A stretch of DNA of 63,987 nucleotides, filler included, from Octopus bimaculoides (taxonomy: Eukaryota): the NCBI RefSeq assembly GCF_001194135.2. It is 4 parts of 3 records of this genome, joined end to end, with 100 filler letters (N's around TTAATTAATTAA, not from the genome) between each part and the next. Parts side by side here need not be neighbours in the genome. Positions count along the whole stretch, not along the records: positions 31,641 to 57,575 come from NC_068983.1; positions 57,676 to 62,490 come from NC_068992.1; positions 62,591 to 63,987 come from NC_068981.1; 1 more part is not named here. One strand, 5' to 3'. A program made the translations under genes and the position numbers. A model generated the notes under the pieces. The model worked only from the letters and a program-made list of their open reading frames with translations. It searched no databases and was not told the origin of the DNA. Of this stretch, positions 49,906 through 63,517 are shown piece by piece; position 1 is the first letter of the stretch, and each line of letters starts with the position of its first letter.

Positions 49906-50195
49906 AAGGTGCGTGGCCTGGTGGTTAGATGCGTTGGGCGCACGATCGCGGGATTGTGGTTTCGATTCCCAGACCGGCTACGCCTTGTGTTCTTGAGCAA
50001 AACACCACCTTTCACGTTACTCCAGTCCACTCAGCTTCAAATGGATACACCCTGTGATGGACTAGCATTCCGATGTGGTGGTCGTGGTGGTGCTGCTGGG
50101 TAATATTGGCCTACTCGCCTAGGGTTCGGAGTGGCATCATTCGAAAAAACGATGCAAAATGCATTGTGACCAGTGATGTATAACAATATCTGATA
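49906..50195 (+). mobile_element. tRNA/CORE-like SINE with B-type body and a different tail
   Basis: GGCCTGGTGGTTAG (A-box-like), GGTTTCGATTCCC (B box), TTCTTGAGCAAAAC, TCCAGTCCACTCAGC, then a tail unlike SINE-B. Confidence 0.7.
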
Positions 50196-50325
50196 GGCAA
50201 CTTGCTGCGATATTTGTCTTGAGATAACATGTTTAAAAACACAGTAAATGTCACCAAGTCTACAAGACTTATCTCAAGACAAATTCTGCCGTAACTGACC
50301 TATCGACATTAAGAATTACACATAA

Positions 50326-50540
50326 AGCGGCGAGCTGGCAGAATCGTTAGCACGCTGGACGAAATACTTAGCGGTATTTCGCCCGTCGCTACGTTCTGCG
50401 TTCAAATTCCGCCGAGGTCGACTTTACCTTTCGTCCTTTCGGAGTCGATGCAATAATACCAGTTACGCACTGGGGTCAATGAAATCGACTATCTCCCTCC
50501 TCCAAATTTCAGGCCTTGTATCTATAGTAGAAAAGATTAA
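50326..50540 (+). mobile_element. SINE-A, full-length, well preserved
   Basis: GCGGCGAGCTGGCAGAATCGTTAGCACG...GTTCAAATTCCGCCGAGGTCGAC...TAGTAGAAAAGATT. Confidence 0.9.
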
Positions 50541-53037
50541 GTATGACGCATATATGACTACTTTAATTTAATACTATATTACGTATACCGGACATTGCGT
50601 ATAAGACGGGTGGTCATTTGCCACATCAATGAATGTTTCATTCACTTTTCCTGTTATCAGAGACGACGAATTCTCATTTGAGAGTGTGTTGGTTGTGAGT
50701 GCACTTCAGTGAGAATATCCAGAAAGGCCGATATGCACCTGACGCTTTTGCTGGCCGCTACTTGGACGAAAGTTCGTCCATCTTATATTTATTCATTATG
50801 TTTTTGACATTAAATGTACAAGAGATCTTACCTCAGTACAAATAGAGCAGTGAAAGGGTTATTGTCTGTGTATATACGCTATGTATAATTCTTATATAAA
50901 TATTGGAAGTTAACTTAATTGTGTGATATGCACTGAAAATGTAACCCCAGTCTCAGGTTTTATGTATAATACTCAGTTTTGTATGTGATAAACTATACAC
51001 GGGAAATTTTAAGTCAGACAAAAGAAAAAAAAACCCAAGACGGAAGAAAAAATCAATAAATTTGAGGCAAAAAGTTAAACTGATACTAATAGAAGGAGAG
51101 AAACAATATCTTGGCAACGAATTTTAACATATCGACAATATCTCAGAAAGATGAAGGACTATATAAGAAACAACCAGAAGTAAAGCTAAAAATAGTAAAT
51201 GATAACAGAGATATTTGTGAGACAATTATTGTAAGGAGAGAATAGGCGATGTAAGTAAATGGAATTAAAGTGACGAACGATAAACATGTTAAAACAGTAC
51301 ATACAGGATGTGTGAAGATTTTCTTTCGGGTGGAGTGGGCTATTAAACGTTTAGTCATTGTATAAGAGACAAGTTGTACACAGATGCACGCACACATCAC
51401 ACACAAACATATACAAATGCACATGCGTACGGTGCGTGCATGCGTATGCATTTCTTTCTCCGTTCTTCTGTCTATATGTTGTTTGAATATCAATTTGTGC
51501 ATCATACTTAGAGCAGATACATAACTGGAAACTAGATAATCTGCGATATTAGCTTCGATGTGGCATCTGTTATACACCTATAGTGTTAAAAAGCACAGAA
51601 GTATATCAGAAGTGAATAACGCAGCTGTGGTGATGGGATTACTAAATGCGCATTACTGTCTCTTTGCGCTTCGTCAGTAATCAGTATCCACTGACAACGG
51701 CATACTACGATAAAATCAACAACTGCTATTATAGAGAAATAGTCATTGAAAAATAAGTTGCCGCAATTAGCCAGCAGGCCAAACTAAAATTCAGTATCAT
51801 CAACTGAAGCAGTATTGGTTCAAAATAGACAACTGCATGCCATACTTAAAGCAACTATATCATTGAAAGCCATAACCTGTGGTATTCTTCCCGAGATAAC
51901 ATCTTTTATTCGCCGCTGCCAGGCGAATTTTGCCTGCTAATCACGTATTTATGTGTTCTCACACTGTACATACATATAAGATGCTATCCCGAGACGAACA
52001 TCATAGTTTATCAGGATTTCAACAATATTTCTGCTTTGAGTATGCTTTGAGTAAAGAAATGCTTTATGAAACTTAAAATAAGTTCGTTCGAAATTGACGA
52101 ATTTTAGGCTTCAGAAATGAAATAAGGAGAAGTTTAAAGGAGAAATCGTTAGAACATTGAGAAAATGCGTTGTCACACATGTACCGGCTTTATTCTGTGT
52201 TCAAAGCTCGTTGCACACAACATTATCTTCTTTCCTACGTCGATAATTAAAATTACAGAAATGTATAATTTGCAAACTTGAGCGGTCTTAAAGGTACTTT
52301 TGCCATTGTATCTACTACGCTCGAAGAGTTTGTAAATTTAGTCATTGTATTTCGAGTACTTGCGTATATTTTAAGAATATTAGTGTATTATATGATGTAT
52401 AAACAGGTTCTAGTTACAGCGAAAGTATAAGCAATTTGTTTTCAGAGCTTGTCAATTTTATATAACAATTTCATTGTAAAATATTCATTCTACTCGTTTG
52501 ATTCCACCCACATCTGACAGCATTCGAAAGTAAAGCACCTGCTTGTCTAAGCAGCAGGGAGAAAAATCGATTTTTCTAATAATCAAGGAAGAAAAAAAGA
52601 ACAGAAAACACAGAACTATGAGACATTTTGTTGGTTGAAAAGACAAGATTCTTTGAGTGATTCTACATTTTTGGAAAAGAATCATTTATTTCCGTTAATC
52701 TAGTTTCGATCTAATGGTTACACATCTTCCATACTTCTCTTTCCAATGGCACTCATTTTAAATTCTTTTTTGCTTCGCTCTGTGAGTTTAAACAACGTTT
52801 TAACTTTTCGAAAGGACAATGTAAGTATAAATACAAACATACATACATGCATGCATGCATGCATGCATGCATACATATACATACATGTGTATATACATAC
52901 ATACATATATACATACGTACATGTATATATATTCATACACACACACAAACACACATACACACGCACATAGACATACATATAGAAATATATATACTCATAG
53001 AAACATGCATTCATATACACACATGCATACACATTAT

Positions 53038-53190
53038 CTTTTAACTTTCTCAGTCATTAGACTGCGGCCATGCTGGGTCACCTCCTTGAAAAACTTTAGT
53101 GTCGAATGCATCGACCCCAGTACTTATTTTTAAAGCCGCGTACTTATTCTATCGGTCTCTTATGCCGAAACGCTATGTTACCTGGGATAT
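53038..53190 (-). mobile_element. SINE-C 3' half
   Basis: CAGTCATTAGACTGCGGCCATGCTGG...ATCGACCCCAGTACTT...GTACTTATTCTATCGGTCTC. Confidence 0.75.
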
Positions 53191-53196
53191 GCACAC

Positions 53197-53234
<38 letters not shown>

Positions 53235-53907
53235 TTATATGTACGCATATATTTACATATATATATATACGTGTATATATATATGTACATATATATGTAC
53301 GTATATATATACATACTTGCTTGTGTGTGTATGTATTTATACATGTTACGCAAAAATGGCTAGGGGCATGTATTTGAATAGCAAAAACGACGAACGAATT
53401 TATATTAAGTACCAGACAGGAGGAAGTTTTGGTTTATTAAAGCCATCGGCAATTCTAGGAAAGATAAATCAATCACCTAGTGACAATTGACAACTAGCAA
53501 TCTCCAAATATGAGAGAGACACAATCACAGGAAGCAAAGATTCTATAAAACTGAGATGCTATTGGAGGAAACGAACACGTGGTGTAGAGCCATGCAAGAT
53601 AACTATGGACACTTGCTTCTGTTTCAAAGGGTGTCATCAAGACAGCAGCTGTAATACCTTGTGTCCAACGAGGATATATTTATATAGAAGGTAAATGTTC
53701 CCGACAAAATTTCTATGATTTAGACTAGAATCAATTCAGAAAAATTACTCAGAGTGGACTGTGATGAGTATTTGGACAACAGAGACAAATGAAGTCTTAT
53801 TAATTACCATATCATAAATTCTTCATTTCTAGTAACTTTTTGTTTCCCGTTAACCTTTACGCATATACATACATACATACATACATAAAATATAAATGAG
53901 TAACAAA

Positions 53908-54270
53908 GATATATAACTGTCAATTCATGACGGCCGTTTCGAGCGAATCCGTTAATTGATCAATGAAAGCATTACATCATTACAAACTGAACCGTTCTCA
54001 TTAGATGACCGCATAGACGTCAAACATAAAAGACAAGTTAGAATTGTAAATATATTCATAAAATTCTGTCTAAAAATTTAGCAGCGGAATCATTGTAAAT
54101 ATTTGCTCTCCATTGACGATATGAATATGTTTTCATATCTATCTTGTCCTTTATGATTGAGGTCTATTCGGCCATCGGATGAGAACCGTTTTCTTCGTAG
54201 TGAAGTAATGCTTTCATAAATCAATTAAAGGAGCCACTCGAAACGGCCGTAATGAATTGATACATATATC
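53908..54270. mobile_element. Foldback/MITE-like element with ~150-bp inverted arms
   Basis: TCAATTCATGACGGCCGTTTCGAG ... CTCGAAACGGCCGTAATGAATTGA; arms about 53908-54060 and 54120-54270. Confidence 0.8.
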
Positions 54271-54720
54271 TTTGTTACTCATTTATATTTTACTCACCTA
54301 CTCTGGAATCTGCACTTCGGAAGTATTTGGAAAGTATCATTATATAAAGTACATGTCTGAACAAAAAAGGACGGATTTATTCACTAAGTTGGATCGTGCC
54401 ATCTGCATACGCTGCATGAAATCGGGAGAAGAAAATTCTATGTAGAGTTTGATGCTCACCTGATATTGTTTGAGTGTGTAAATAAGTTCTTTCTAACATG
54501 ATGCCCCAATTTAAGTACCTAATTCAACTGAATCTAAATTACATACATACATACATACATACATACACACACATATATGCATACTTATATTATTCTTAAT
54601 CAAGAATATTATTGAGAGTTAAGCCATCGTCGGACTGCGATGCATTGGAGGATGATTTTAACACAACAAAGACAATGTAAAGTAGTTGTATGCTGTCAAC
54701 TTAATGTGACAATCCCTTAA

Positions 54721-54826
54721 GGGAATAATACTATTGCTATTTAGCCCTAGGAAGCTGCACCGCTTCCTGTCGGCCTTGACACATTTCCTGTGTCCTTATG
54801 TTTACAATAGCAGTAGTATTATTCCC
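54721..54826. mobile_element. Small MITE with 21-bp TIRs
   Basis: GGGAATAATACTATTGCTATT / AATAGCAGTAGTATTATTCCC (one mismatch); no clean TSD. Confidence 0.65.
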
Positions 54827-55535
54827 TACATGGGATTGTCACATTAAGTTGGCAGCTTACAACTACTTTATCATATCAATACTGCATAAATCTCTAAGAG
54901 ATTTAGAAATGTATTATTTCTATAAAGCCAATGTAAACACTTGACAATCAGTTTGGGTATGCATCCTCACATTAAATGAAATGATAAGAGGATCTAACGA
55001 AACACGTATTCAAGCAATTACTTGAGGATGTACATCTTAACACCTTGGATGAATGATAATGATAACACAGCATCTCGCCAACGTACAACAGGTGTAAAAA
55101 TGCGTCGAAACAATTATAGAGATTTTAAATAGAGAATGTTGTTCATTCCATTTTCTATCGTTTATCTAGATTTTTCTATCTAATCCTACATGTGTAAAAT
55201 ATCTTTCCATGTACCAATTAAAGAACATCTACCTGGAGGAATGAATTGATAGATATAGAAGCCAATTATCTTCTGTTAATAACCTTACTAGCTTAAAGCA
55301 AAAACAACGATGAGCACATTAACATGATTAGCCATTGTTATCATAGATCCTCTCAAGCAATACTGTACCGGAGATACAGAACCAATAACTTATCTCACAT
55401 CTTGTCTGTCCTCTTAAAAGTTTAACACTGTATTACCGTTTAGCAGTCATTAGGCTAAGCGAGTACGATCAAACAGTTTTTACTTCGCTTAAATAATTTA
55501 TTTAGGTTCCCATTTAGTTGCGAGTGGATAAAAGA

Positions 55536-56092
55536 TGGCACTCCGTCGGTTACGGCAAAGAGATTTCCAGTTGATCCAAGTGACGCCACAGCTTGCTCAT
55601 GATATTCTTTTCTACTTTAGGCACAAGGTAGGAAAAATTTTGGAGTGGGGCAGTCGATTTGATCAACCCCAGTACGCAACTGGTAATTAATTTAATGACC
55701 CCGAAAGGTTGAAAGGCGAAGTCGACCTTGGCGGAATTTGAACTCAACTTAAAGACAGACAAAATACCAGTAAGCATTTCGCCCGGCGCGCTAACGTGTC
55801 TGCCAGCTCGCCGCCTTAGCGTGCTCCTGATATCAACGTACAAGCGGCTGAGCAACCCGCAGACACTCATGCTCTTAACGCCAGTTCTCAGCGAGACTCG
55901 GTGTGACACAGAAAGTGACAAGCGCGGATCTATGAAACACAGGTACAATTGATTTCATGTTGTTCCAGCTGAGTGGACTGCAGCAACGAACAATTAAGTG
56001 TCTTGCTGAAGGAGACAACGCGCCGCCGGGAATCGAACTCACGACCGTACGATCGTGAGCCGAATACTCTTAACTTCTATGCTACGTGCCTT
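55536..56092 (-). mobile_element. SINE-B interrupted by SINE-A
   Basis: Tail 55536-55605 and body 55818-56092 flank the SINE-A. Confidence 0.75.
55606..55817 (-). mobile_element. SINE-A, full-length, with 16-bp imperfect TSD
   Basis: AGCTTGCTCATGATAT (55590-55605) versus AGCGTGCTCCTGATAT (55818-55833). Confidence 0.85.
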
Positions 56093-56169
56093 CACTTGGC
56101 AGCAGATATGGACACCATTTCAACTCTCTCTAATTCGAGAATGTGATAGCTGGAAGGAAGAGGGATATT

Positions 56170-56330
56170 CCAGCTGTTGGCCGGTACTCATTTATAACTG
56201 AGTAGAAAAGAAGAACTTTAAATCAAGCGTCTTGCTCAAGCGCTCACAGCAACACTCACTCCAGAAATTGAACACACGATCTCAATGATCGTGAGACCAG
56301 CTCTCTTATTACTAGGCCACACGCTTTCAC
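56170..56330 (-). mobile_element. Diverged CORE-like SINE fragment
   Basis: GTCTTGCTCAAG...GAAATTGAACACACGATC...GATCGTGAG...CTAGGCCACACG. Confidence 0.5.
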
Positions 56331-56479
56331 TTTATTGCTATTACTCGGACGTCATAGAATAGTGAATAAAAATGATCCCCATTGGACGTATGAAGTTCCA
56401 AATAGATTATCTTCAGATATCTTCTCTTCCTCGATGTACAATCAATAAAGATATTTAAGAAGCAGATCCGCCATTCGAG

Positions 56480-56660
56480 TATTCCCCCAGGTCACATGCA
56501 TCTGGTCTTATGTTTAAGGAAACGCGGTTATCACACTTGACTTGACATAAGGAAAGACTTCGATAAAATCTGGCACGGAGATCAATTGACATTGCTACTC
56601 GCTTACAGGTTCCAAACTAGTCAACCATATTGCAGGTCGCTTCATTCACATTACATCTAA
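56480..56660 (+). pseudogene. LINE reverse-transcriptase remnant (L2/CR1/Jockey-like)
   Basis: LDIRKDFDKIWHGDQLTLLLAYRF resembles the RT motif LDISKAFDKVWH.GLL.KL..YG. Confidence 0.5.
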
Positions 56661-57675
56661 TCAAACTTCTCTCTTATTCTTAAAACCATCCTCTCAACAT
56701 AGAAGAACTTAAGTAGTTAGTTTTATTCTGTCGCTTTTCCTTCTTCCGTTATTCAATAACCTAAATCTTTGTTCCTTTCTCCCCTATATTACTGATACCA
56801 ATATACGTTTATTCCTCAATGAAGTTGGTTCAGAGATATAGCTCGTAAAATTCCTGAATATAAACTCAAAAACAAAACACGAAAACACCAAGCCAATGCT
56901 TAATGCTTGCTAAACAGCCACAAAAAATAAATATAAAACGTATTGAATAATTCCATCCTACTTCACATATGTCAATGTTAAGTAAAGCTGTGTATGTATA
57001 AAACATTTTGTTAAAGCTCAAATGGCTTGGGTAAACATAAATAGCGGATTCCTTATTGCTTCCTATAACAACAGAGAATCAATTCCCATTGAAACAATAC
57101 AATGAAACGGTTTGTCCTTTTGAAGATATCATGTTAGGTGCTGGCATTAAGGCTAGGATATTTGATATCAGGATTAAATGATTTCATATATTCCCATCAC
57201 ATCTTCCTTTTTGTTTTACTTCAAACGATTGAAGTCGATTGATAAAACAACGTTAAATCGCAGTTAGCAGTATGTAAGAAAAGGTATGATAGTATAGGAT
57301 TCGAAATATATGCATGGACGTGCAGATACATGTATAGAAGTAAATGGACTGCTTATATATTTGTTTATTTAGTAATGTAGGACTATCCATACATACATAT
57401 AAGCATAGATAGATAGCTACATGTGTTTTGCATCTATGAACGTGTGAGCGTATATACATATGTGTGTGTGTTTGTGTGTATTTATGTGTGGTGTACTTTG
57501 CGTTTGTGTGAGCATGTCCATGTAGGCGGGAGTATGGTAATGCTTATCCTTATCATATATATATATATATATATANNNNNNNNNNNNNNNNNNNNNNNNN
57601 NNNNNNNNNNNNNNNNNNNTTAATTAATTAANNNNNNNNNNNNNNNNNNNNNNNNNNNNNNNNNNNNNNNNNNNN

Positions 57676-57707
<32 letters not shown>

Positions 57708-58283
57708 AAGTGGTATTACGTAAGATCTCACTGAGTAAGTGCCTAGAAATATGCAGAAACAACAGACTCATGGTCTTCCCATTCTAAAAATGACCAAGTG
57801 ATAATCTAAAATACCAGAAAGGGAAATAAATTTTATTAAAAAGTTTTCAGCAAAACTAAATGTGTACACTTTGTTGTACCTTGAAAGGGTCATTATGCTA
57901 GTAATAATAAACACTCACACTGATTGAATAACACTCCTTTATTGGTTAAATACCTAAACAACTAACATCAATGGTTTGCCTTCAGTCTGTCTGAGAATTC
58001 GTCTTTGCCTGTGTATATGTAGACGTGTGTTTACTTTCAAGGGAATGGAAGGGTGAGATAAACACAAAGTTTGTGTGTACGTGCATGTGTGTGTGTGGGT
58101 GGGCGTATGTACCTATGTACGTAGTCACTAAAAGACACACAGATACACACAGACGCTTACCTATACAAAACTCACCACACCGCACACACAACAGGTGTAC
58201 ACATGCATATGCTGAAATGCATACGCATAAACAAACATTCACACATTCACACACACTTGCACACACACTCACACATACGAACA

Positions 58284-58320
<37 letters not shown>

Positions 58321-58675
58321 GAACATACATTCTTACAGAACTGACTCAACCACACAAACGTTCACAAGACCACATACTCGCGCGTGCACACCCCACATGC
58401 GCATAGATGTTCACACTCGCATACATCTACTCCTGTTCTCTCTTCTCCCCTTACCGCCCCACTACTTAAGAAACCACACTCATAAATCTTTACGGGATGA
58501 CAAATAAATCCCAGTAGATCTGAGACCGAATTCACCTTCAAGAAAAGGCCGAGTCCTTAAAGAGGTTAATCTTGGCTAATGCATACACACTCACTCACAA
58601 GCACACAAACACACAAACATGCAATCACACACATAAACGCACGCGAACGCATAGATACACATACCAATACACATA

Positions 58676-60275
58676 CAGTGAGGGGAAATAAATATTCGTA
58701 CATGTCAAAATTCTTTATTTAATTTCTAATGAACATAAATGGGATATACCAATACTATATTTGCATACACATGCATAAACTAAGAACATGCAAAAGAAAC
58801 TAATAAATTATAGAAACTAATTAATTCATATAAAATTATAAATATTTAGGGGTGAAAAAAGAATTCGTACAGAATAAATTTATGAGTTTCTATGCCACAA
58901 AATACTGTTAAAATAATTTTCTTTTTTACTAGAACTTTCTCGTTTGTTCCAATAATCTTATCAGTGGTCATTTTTAAGTGTCAAAACGCTAGCTTCTTCA
59001 TTCAGCACTGAGACAACATAAAGTAGTGTCGTAAATAATGGTGAAAAGTAAAGAACTCACAAATTCAGTGGAAAACTTAATTATTGAACAGTGGAAAGTA
59101 GGTAAAAGTTACAGGAAAATATCAGAGACCCTTTGTATTCCACTTTCTACTATATCTTCATTTATTCAAAGATATAAAAAAATCGGGAGCTGTTGAAAAC
59201 AGATTAAGATCCGGTGCACCACGCAAGTTTTCTCCTAGATCTTTAAGAAAAATGAAGTGAAGAATCGAAAAAAACGCAATGATGGCCAGAAAGGAGTTGC
59301 AAGAAGATTTGTTAGCTTCAGGGACTAGTGTTACATTATGAACAATCAGCAATGAACTTCATAGGAATGAACTGAAGTCATGCTCTAGAAAAACTCCACT
59401 GTTGACTAAAAGGCATAGAGATGCCCGTTTAAATTTGCTTATGAAAATAAAGATAAATCTGATACATTCTGGGAAAATGTTCTTTGGACAGACGAGTCGA
59501 AAATTGAATTGTTTGGACGAAATTCGCGTAGCCATGTTTGGAGGGAAAATGGTATCCCCTATTCGCCGAAAAGCACAATTTCTACTGTAAAGTTTGGAGG
59601 TGTCAACATCATTGTGTAGGGGTGTTTCTCTGTAAATGGCACTGGCAATTTACATGTGACAGATGGTAGAATGAATGCAGAGATGCACCAAAATATTTTG
59701 AACATTAATTTATGGGACTCTGTAGAAAAGCTCCAGCTTTGTGAAGGGTGGGTTTTACAACAGGATAACGACCCTAAGCACACGGCGAAGTCTACCAAAA
59801 ATGGATTGTCAATCACAATATAAAATTATTAGAATGGCCAAGGCAGTCACTTGACTTGAACCCCATTGAAAATTTGTGGCGTTATTTGAAAATTAAAACT
59901 CATTCAAGAGCCCCAATGTGCATTCTAGATTTGAAGAAGATTTGTCAAGAAGAATGGAAAAAATTTCCGAAAGAAACATACGAGTCATTGATTAAGAGCT
60001 ACAAGAAGAGATTGGTTGAAGTGGAACTGAATAATGGTTATGCTATGAAGTATTAAATCAGAATTATCAGTAATTTATGTTCTGTACGAATACTTTTTCA
60101 CCCCTAAATATTTATATTTGTATATAAATTCATTAGTTACTATAATTTATTAGTTTCTTTTGCATATTCTTAATTTATGTATGCAAATATAGTATTGGTA
60201 TATCCCATTTATGTTCATTAGAAATTAAACAAATAAAGAATTTTGACATGTACGAATATTTATTTCCCCACACTG
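58676..60275 (+). mobile_element. Full-length Tc1-like transposon (1600 bp) with ~205-bp IR/DR-type TIRs and TA TSD
   Basis: TA-CAGTGAGGGGAAATAAATATTCGTACATG ... CATGTACGAATATTTATTTCCCCACACTG-TA. Confidence 0.95.
59038..60056 (+). pseudogene. Tc1 DD34E transposase, frameshifted
   Basis: MVKSKELT...GKSYRKISETL..., RSGAPRK, LWTDESKIELFG, QQDNDPKHTAKST, EWPRQSLDLNPIENLW; several frameshifts and stops. Confidence 0.9.
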
Positions 60276-61527
60276 TAAACTCCTCGTTTTCTCTCACTCG
60301 TCTTTTCTCCTGTAAGTAAACACACATCTGCATACACACATACAGGTATACATACACACAGGCATAAGACTAATTCTCGGACAGACTCAAGACAGGGGAC
60401 ATGTCATTGATGAAAGGGCTCTTTCTAACAACCAATCGATTGATTGATTGATTAACCAGCACATTAAACAAACGATCGATTTCTTAGTTGGTTAGATATT
60501 TAACTGGTTGACAAATAATAAAGAAGTTATAATAAACCAGTGCGTGTGTTGTTATTATTGTTGCAATTGATAAATCTGGCCTCCTTTGACCTGTCAACAA
60601 ACCAACCCTCCCAGAAAATACTTCTTTATTCCTTAATTTTTTTTTCTTTTATCTATAAACAAGCCTCTAAAAATCTCTCGTATATGCTTTGTTAAAGATC
60701 CACCTCACATACATGCACATATAGATTCAAAATGGCAAAAAACATCTCAGATAACCAATCCCAAGGATCTTTTTTCCAAAACCTATGAAGACAAACTGAA
60801 CTCTTGATTTCAACAAATTCATATGTATATAAAACAGATAAAAAATCCCAGCAGCTTTCAATTAATGACGAATCTCTCAAGGGGATATGGTTATACATCC
60901 CACCGAGATCATTAATCGAATACCTATTTGGTTACAATACTATTGTTATTAAGTGAACACTATTAGGTGTTCTCTTCTCATCGTGATGGAGTTATACACT
61001 GGATAATAATATATAATTAATATAACTTATCGGATATTTTCCCTGGTTTACTTATATGACATCTATTGTCCATTATTACTATATTTGCTTCAACCCTGGG
61101 CCCTATAATTTCACTCTACTAGAACTTAGTAAAAAATGCCTTTTATTTATGTTTAAGTTGTCATTTAAAATGTTTTATTATTATTCTTATATTCCGAATG
61201 ATCCTTCGTTACAAATTTACACTGCAAATTTCTTAATCTTAACTAATATTATGGGCATCTATTTCTAGCACTATTATATCCTGATGAGCCCTATATCACC
61301 CCTTTCTTCTTATGTCATGTTCACTATAATTTGAGATATTCATTATTTTAACAACCGTTTTAATGCCATCCTAACTCCTCCCTCCCATTCTGGTGGTCAG
61401 CAATGAGAAGAAAGTATCCAGCATCTGCTATTGTTCATCACTTATGGATCTGTCTTTATGTATATATCCCTTAACCTCTTTCAACAAATATGTCCTCTCT
61501 ATACGGACTAGTATTTATCTACTATTA

Positions 61528-61779
61528 TTATATTTCGAGATGGTCATTTCTTTTTGCCAAATAAACACACGCACTATGTATACGCTCTTCACTCGTTTAT
61601 TACCGTTCTTATTCTAACATGTGTCCATTGTCTGGAAATCTTTCGTCACACATCTGTGACCTCTTCAGTGACACTTTCCGTCTTCATGTGTGCTCTTGCT
61701 CGGTTTATTCTATTGAGAATATATACTGCGTGTATTTATTTGGCAGAAAATAACAAAATGTCCTTCCTGAAATACAATA
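61528..61779. mobile_element. MITE family G, long form with ~45-bp TIRs
   Basis: TTATATTTCGAGATGGTCATTTCTTTTTGCCAAATAAACAC / GTATTTATTTGGCAGAAAATAACAAAATGTCC...GAAATACAA. Confidence 0.65.
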
Positions 61780-62313
61780 TCTGTTTCAACACACGGTTTC
61801 ACATCAGGAATCTTGCAACACAAATTCATAAACGTATACATCTACTCTTGTGCATCTACTAGTCTGTCTGTCTTACACACTATAGTATATTATTCCTATT
61901 CAATCTTAATTCACTCTCTATTCAAAAGTGGAACTGGTAACTTCTACTATTCCTTGCCATGGATTATCGTCAGAAGTTCTTCTGTGGAACTGCTAATGGA
62001 CTTTAATTATTACTTCATTATTTATTCGACCATGGAACTACGTAACGTATATCTATTTCGCTCTGATGCTTAAACTGGAAAGTACTAATGTCCTCGATTG
62101 GGGATATTTCTTCATGTTATATTTTTCTGAATTCCACCTATCTGATGATGGAATATCTGCCTTAAGGAATCCTTACTCAATATCATGATCCACATGCTTG
62201 GCTATTCTAGAAGCAGCTGTAAGAGGCAATTTCTGTTTATATTCTCTATCTCAATTACACGTTTCTTTTTTTGAATGACGCACAATATTTTGCTTCTGTA
62301 TTTTTTATTTGAA

Positions 62314-62345
<32 letters not shown>

Positions 62346-62383
62346 TTAAGGGAAAGAGAGGCAACTATATGGGGACACACACA

Positions 62384-62423
<40 letters not shown>

Positions 62424-62590
62424 GACTCATATAGATACATGCTTACATGAATACATGCATATACAAAAACAACACAGAATTACTATATATNNNNNNNNNN
62501 NNNNNNNNNNNNNNNNNNNNNNNNNNNNNNNNNNTTAATTAATTAANNNNNNNNNNNNNNNNNNNNNNNNNNNNNNNNNNNNNNNNNNNN

Positions 62591-62630
<40 letters not shown>

Positions 62631-63162
62631 TGTGTACATTTCAGCTACGCTAACTATTCCGTCATTCCACCCAAAACCTCTCGACCTTCACCCATCACTC
62701 GCCTCCAGAGGAAACAGGAACTCTTTTCTACTTTTTCATTCTTGTACACCTCAATTCTCCTTACTAACTTTTCTGTCCCGACCTGCACCATCACTATGCA
62801 TTCTGTTTTCCTCTCACACTCTCTCATGTCGCTTACATGCATCCCACAAACGACATTTCACCTCACACGATCCTCGCACACGCCCTCGACACTCCAACGA
62901 CCTGACTGATTTCCTAATCGCAACGTGGTCTATTTCTTGTCCTCCACGTAGTCAGTTTCCTGTTTTCCATGCGGTATTTTCCAACTAACGGTTACCCATA
63001 TACCAACAGCAAACCATGACGGTAATAGCAATCAACTTCTGTCATTCAAATTCAGAATGACTGACGACTAGCATCACACTTGAAACTCAAGAGTACCAAC
63101 GAATTTGAATCAAACTGTTTTGATCCATATATATATGTGTGTGCGTACGTATGTATGTATGT

Positions 63163-63194
<32 letters not shown>

Positions 63195-63205
63195 GTATAT
63201 ATTGT

Positions 63206-63517
63206 GAAGGCGCATGGCTTAGTAGTTAGGGTATTCGACTCGTGATCATAGGGTCACGAGTTCGGTTCCCGGTGGCGCTTTATATATATTTATTTCACGT
63301 TGCTCCAGTCCACTCAGCTGGCAAAAATGTGTAGTACCTGTATTTCAAGGGGCCAGCCTTGTCACACTCTGTGTCCACTCTGAATCTCCCTGAGAAGTGT
63401 GTGGAGTGGTACACGTGACTATGGAGTGCTCAACCACTTGCACTTTAACCTCACAAGCAAACTGTTCCGTTGATCGGATCAAGCGGAATCCTCGTCGTCG
63501 TAAGCGACGGAGTGCCA
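63206..63517 (+). mobile_element. SINE-B, near full-length
   Basis: GGCGCATGGCTTAGTAGTTAGG head, GAGTTCGGTTCCC B box, TTGCTCCAGTCCACTCAGCTGG, GTCGTCGTAAGCGACGGAGTGCCA tail. Confidence 0.9.

Noticed and set aside
50326-50420. tRNA-like A/B boxes in SINE heads
   Set aside because: They continue into SINE bodies and do not form a complete cloverleaf; not tRNA genes.
53480-53685. Cys-rich open frame ending at AAG|GTAAAT
   Set aside because: No convincing acceptor and no recognisable cysteine pattern.
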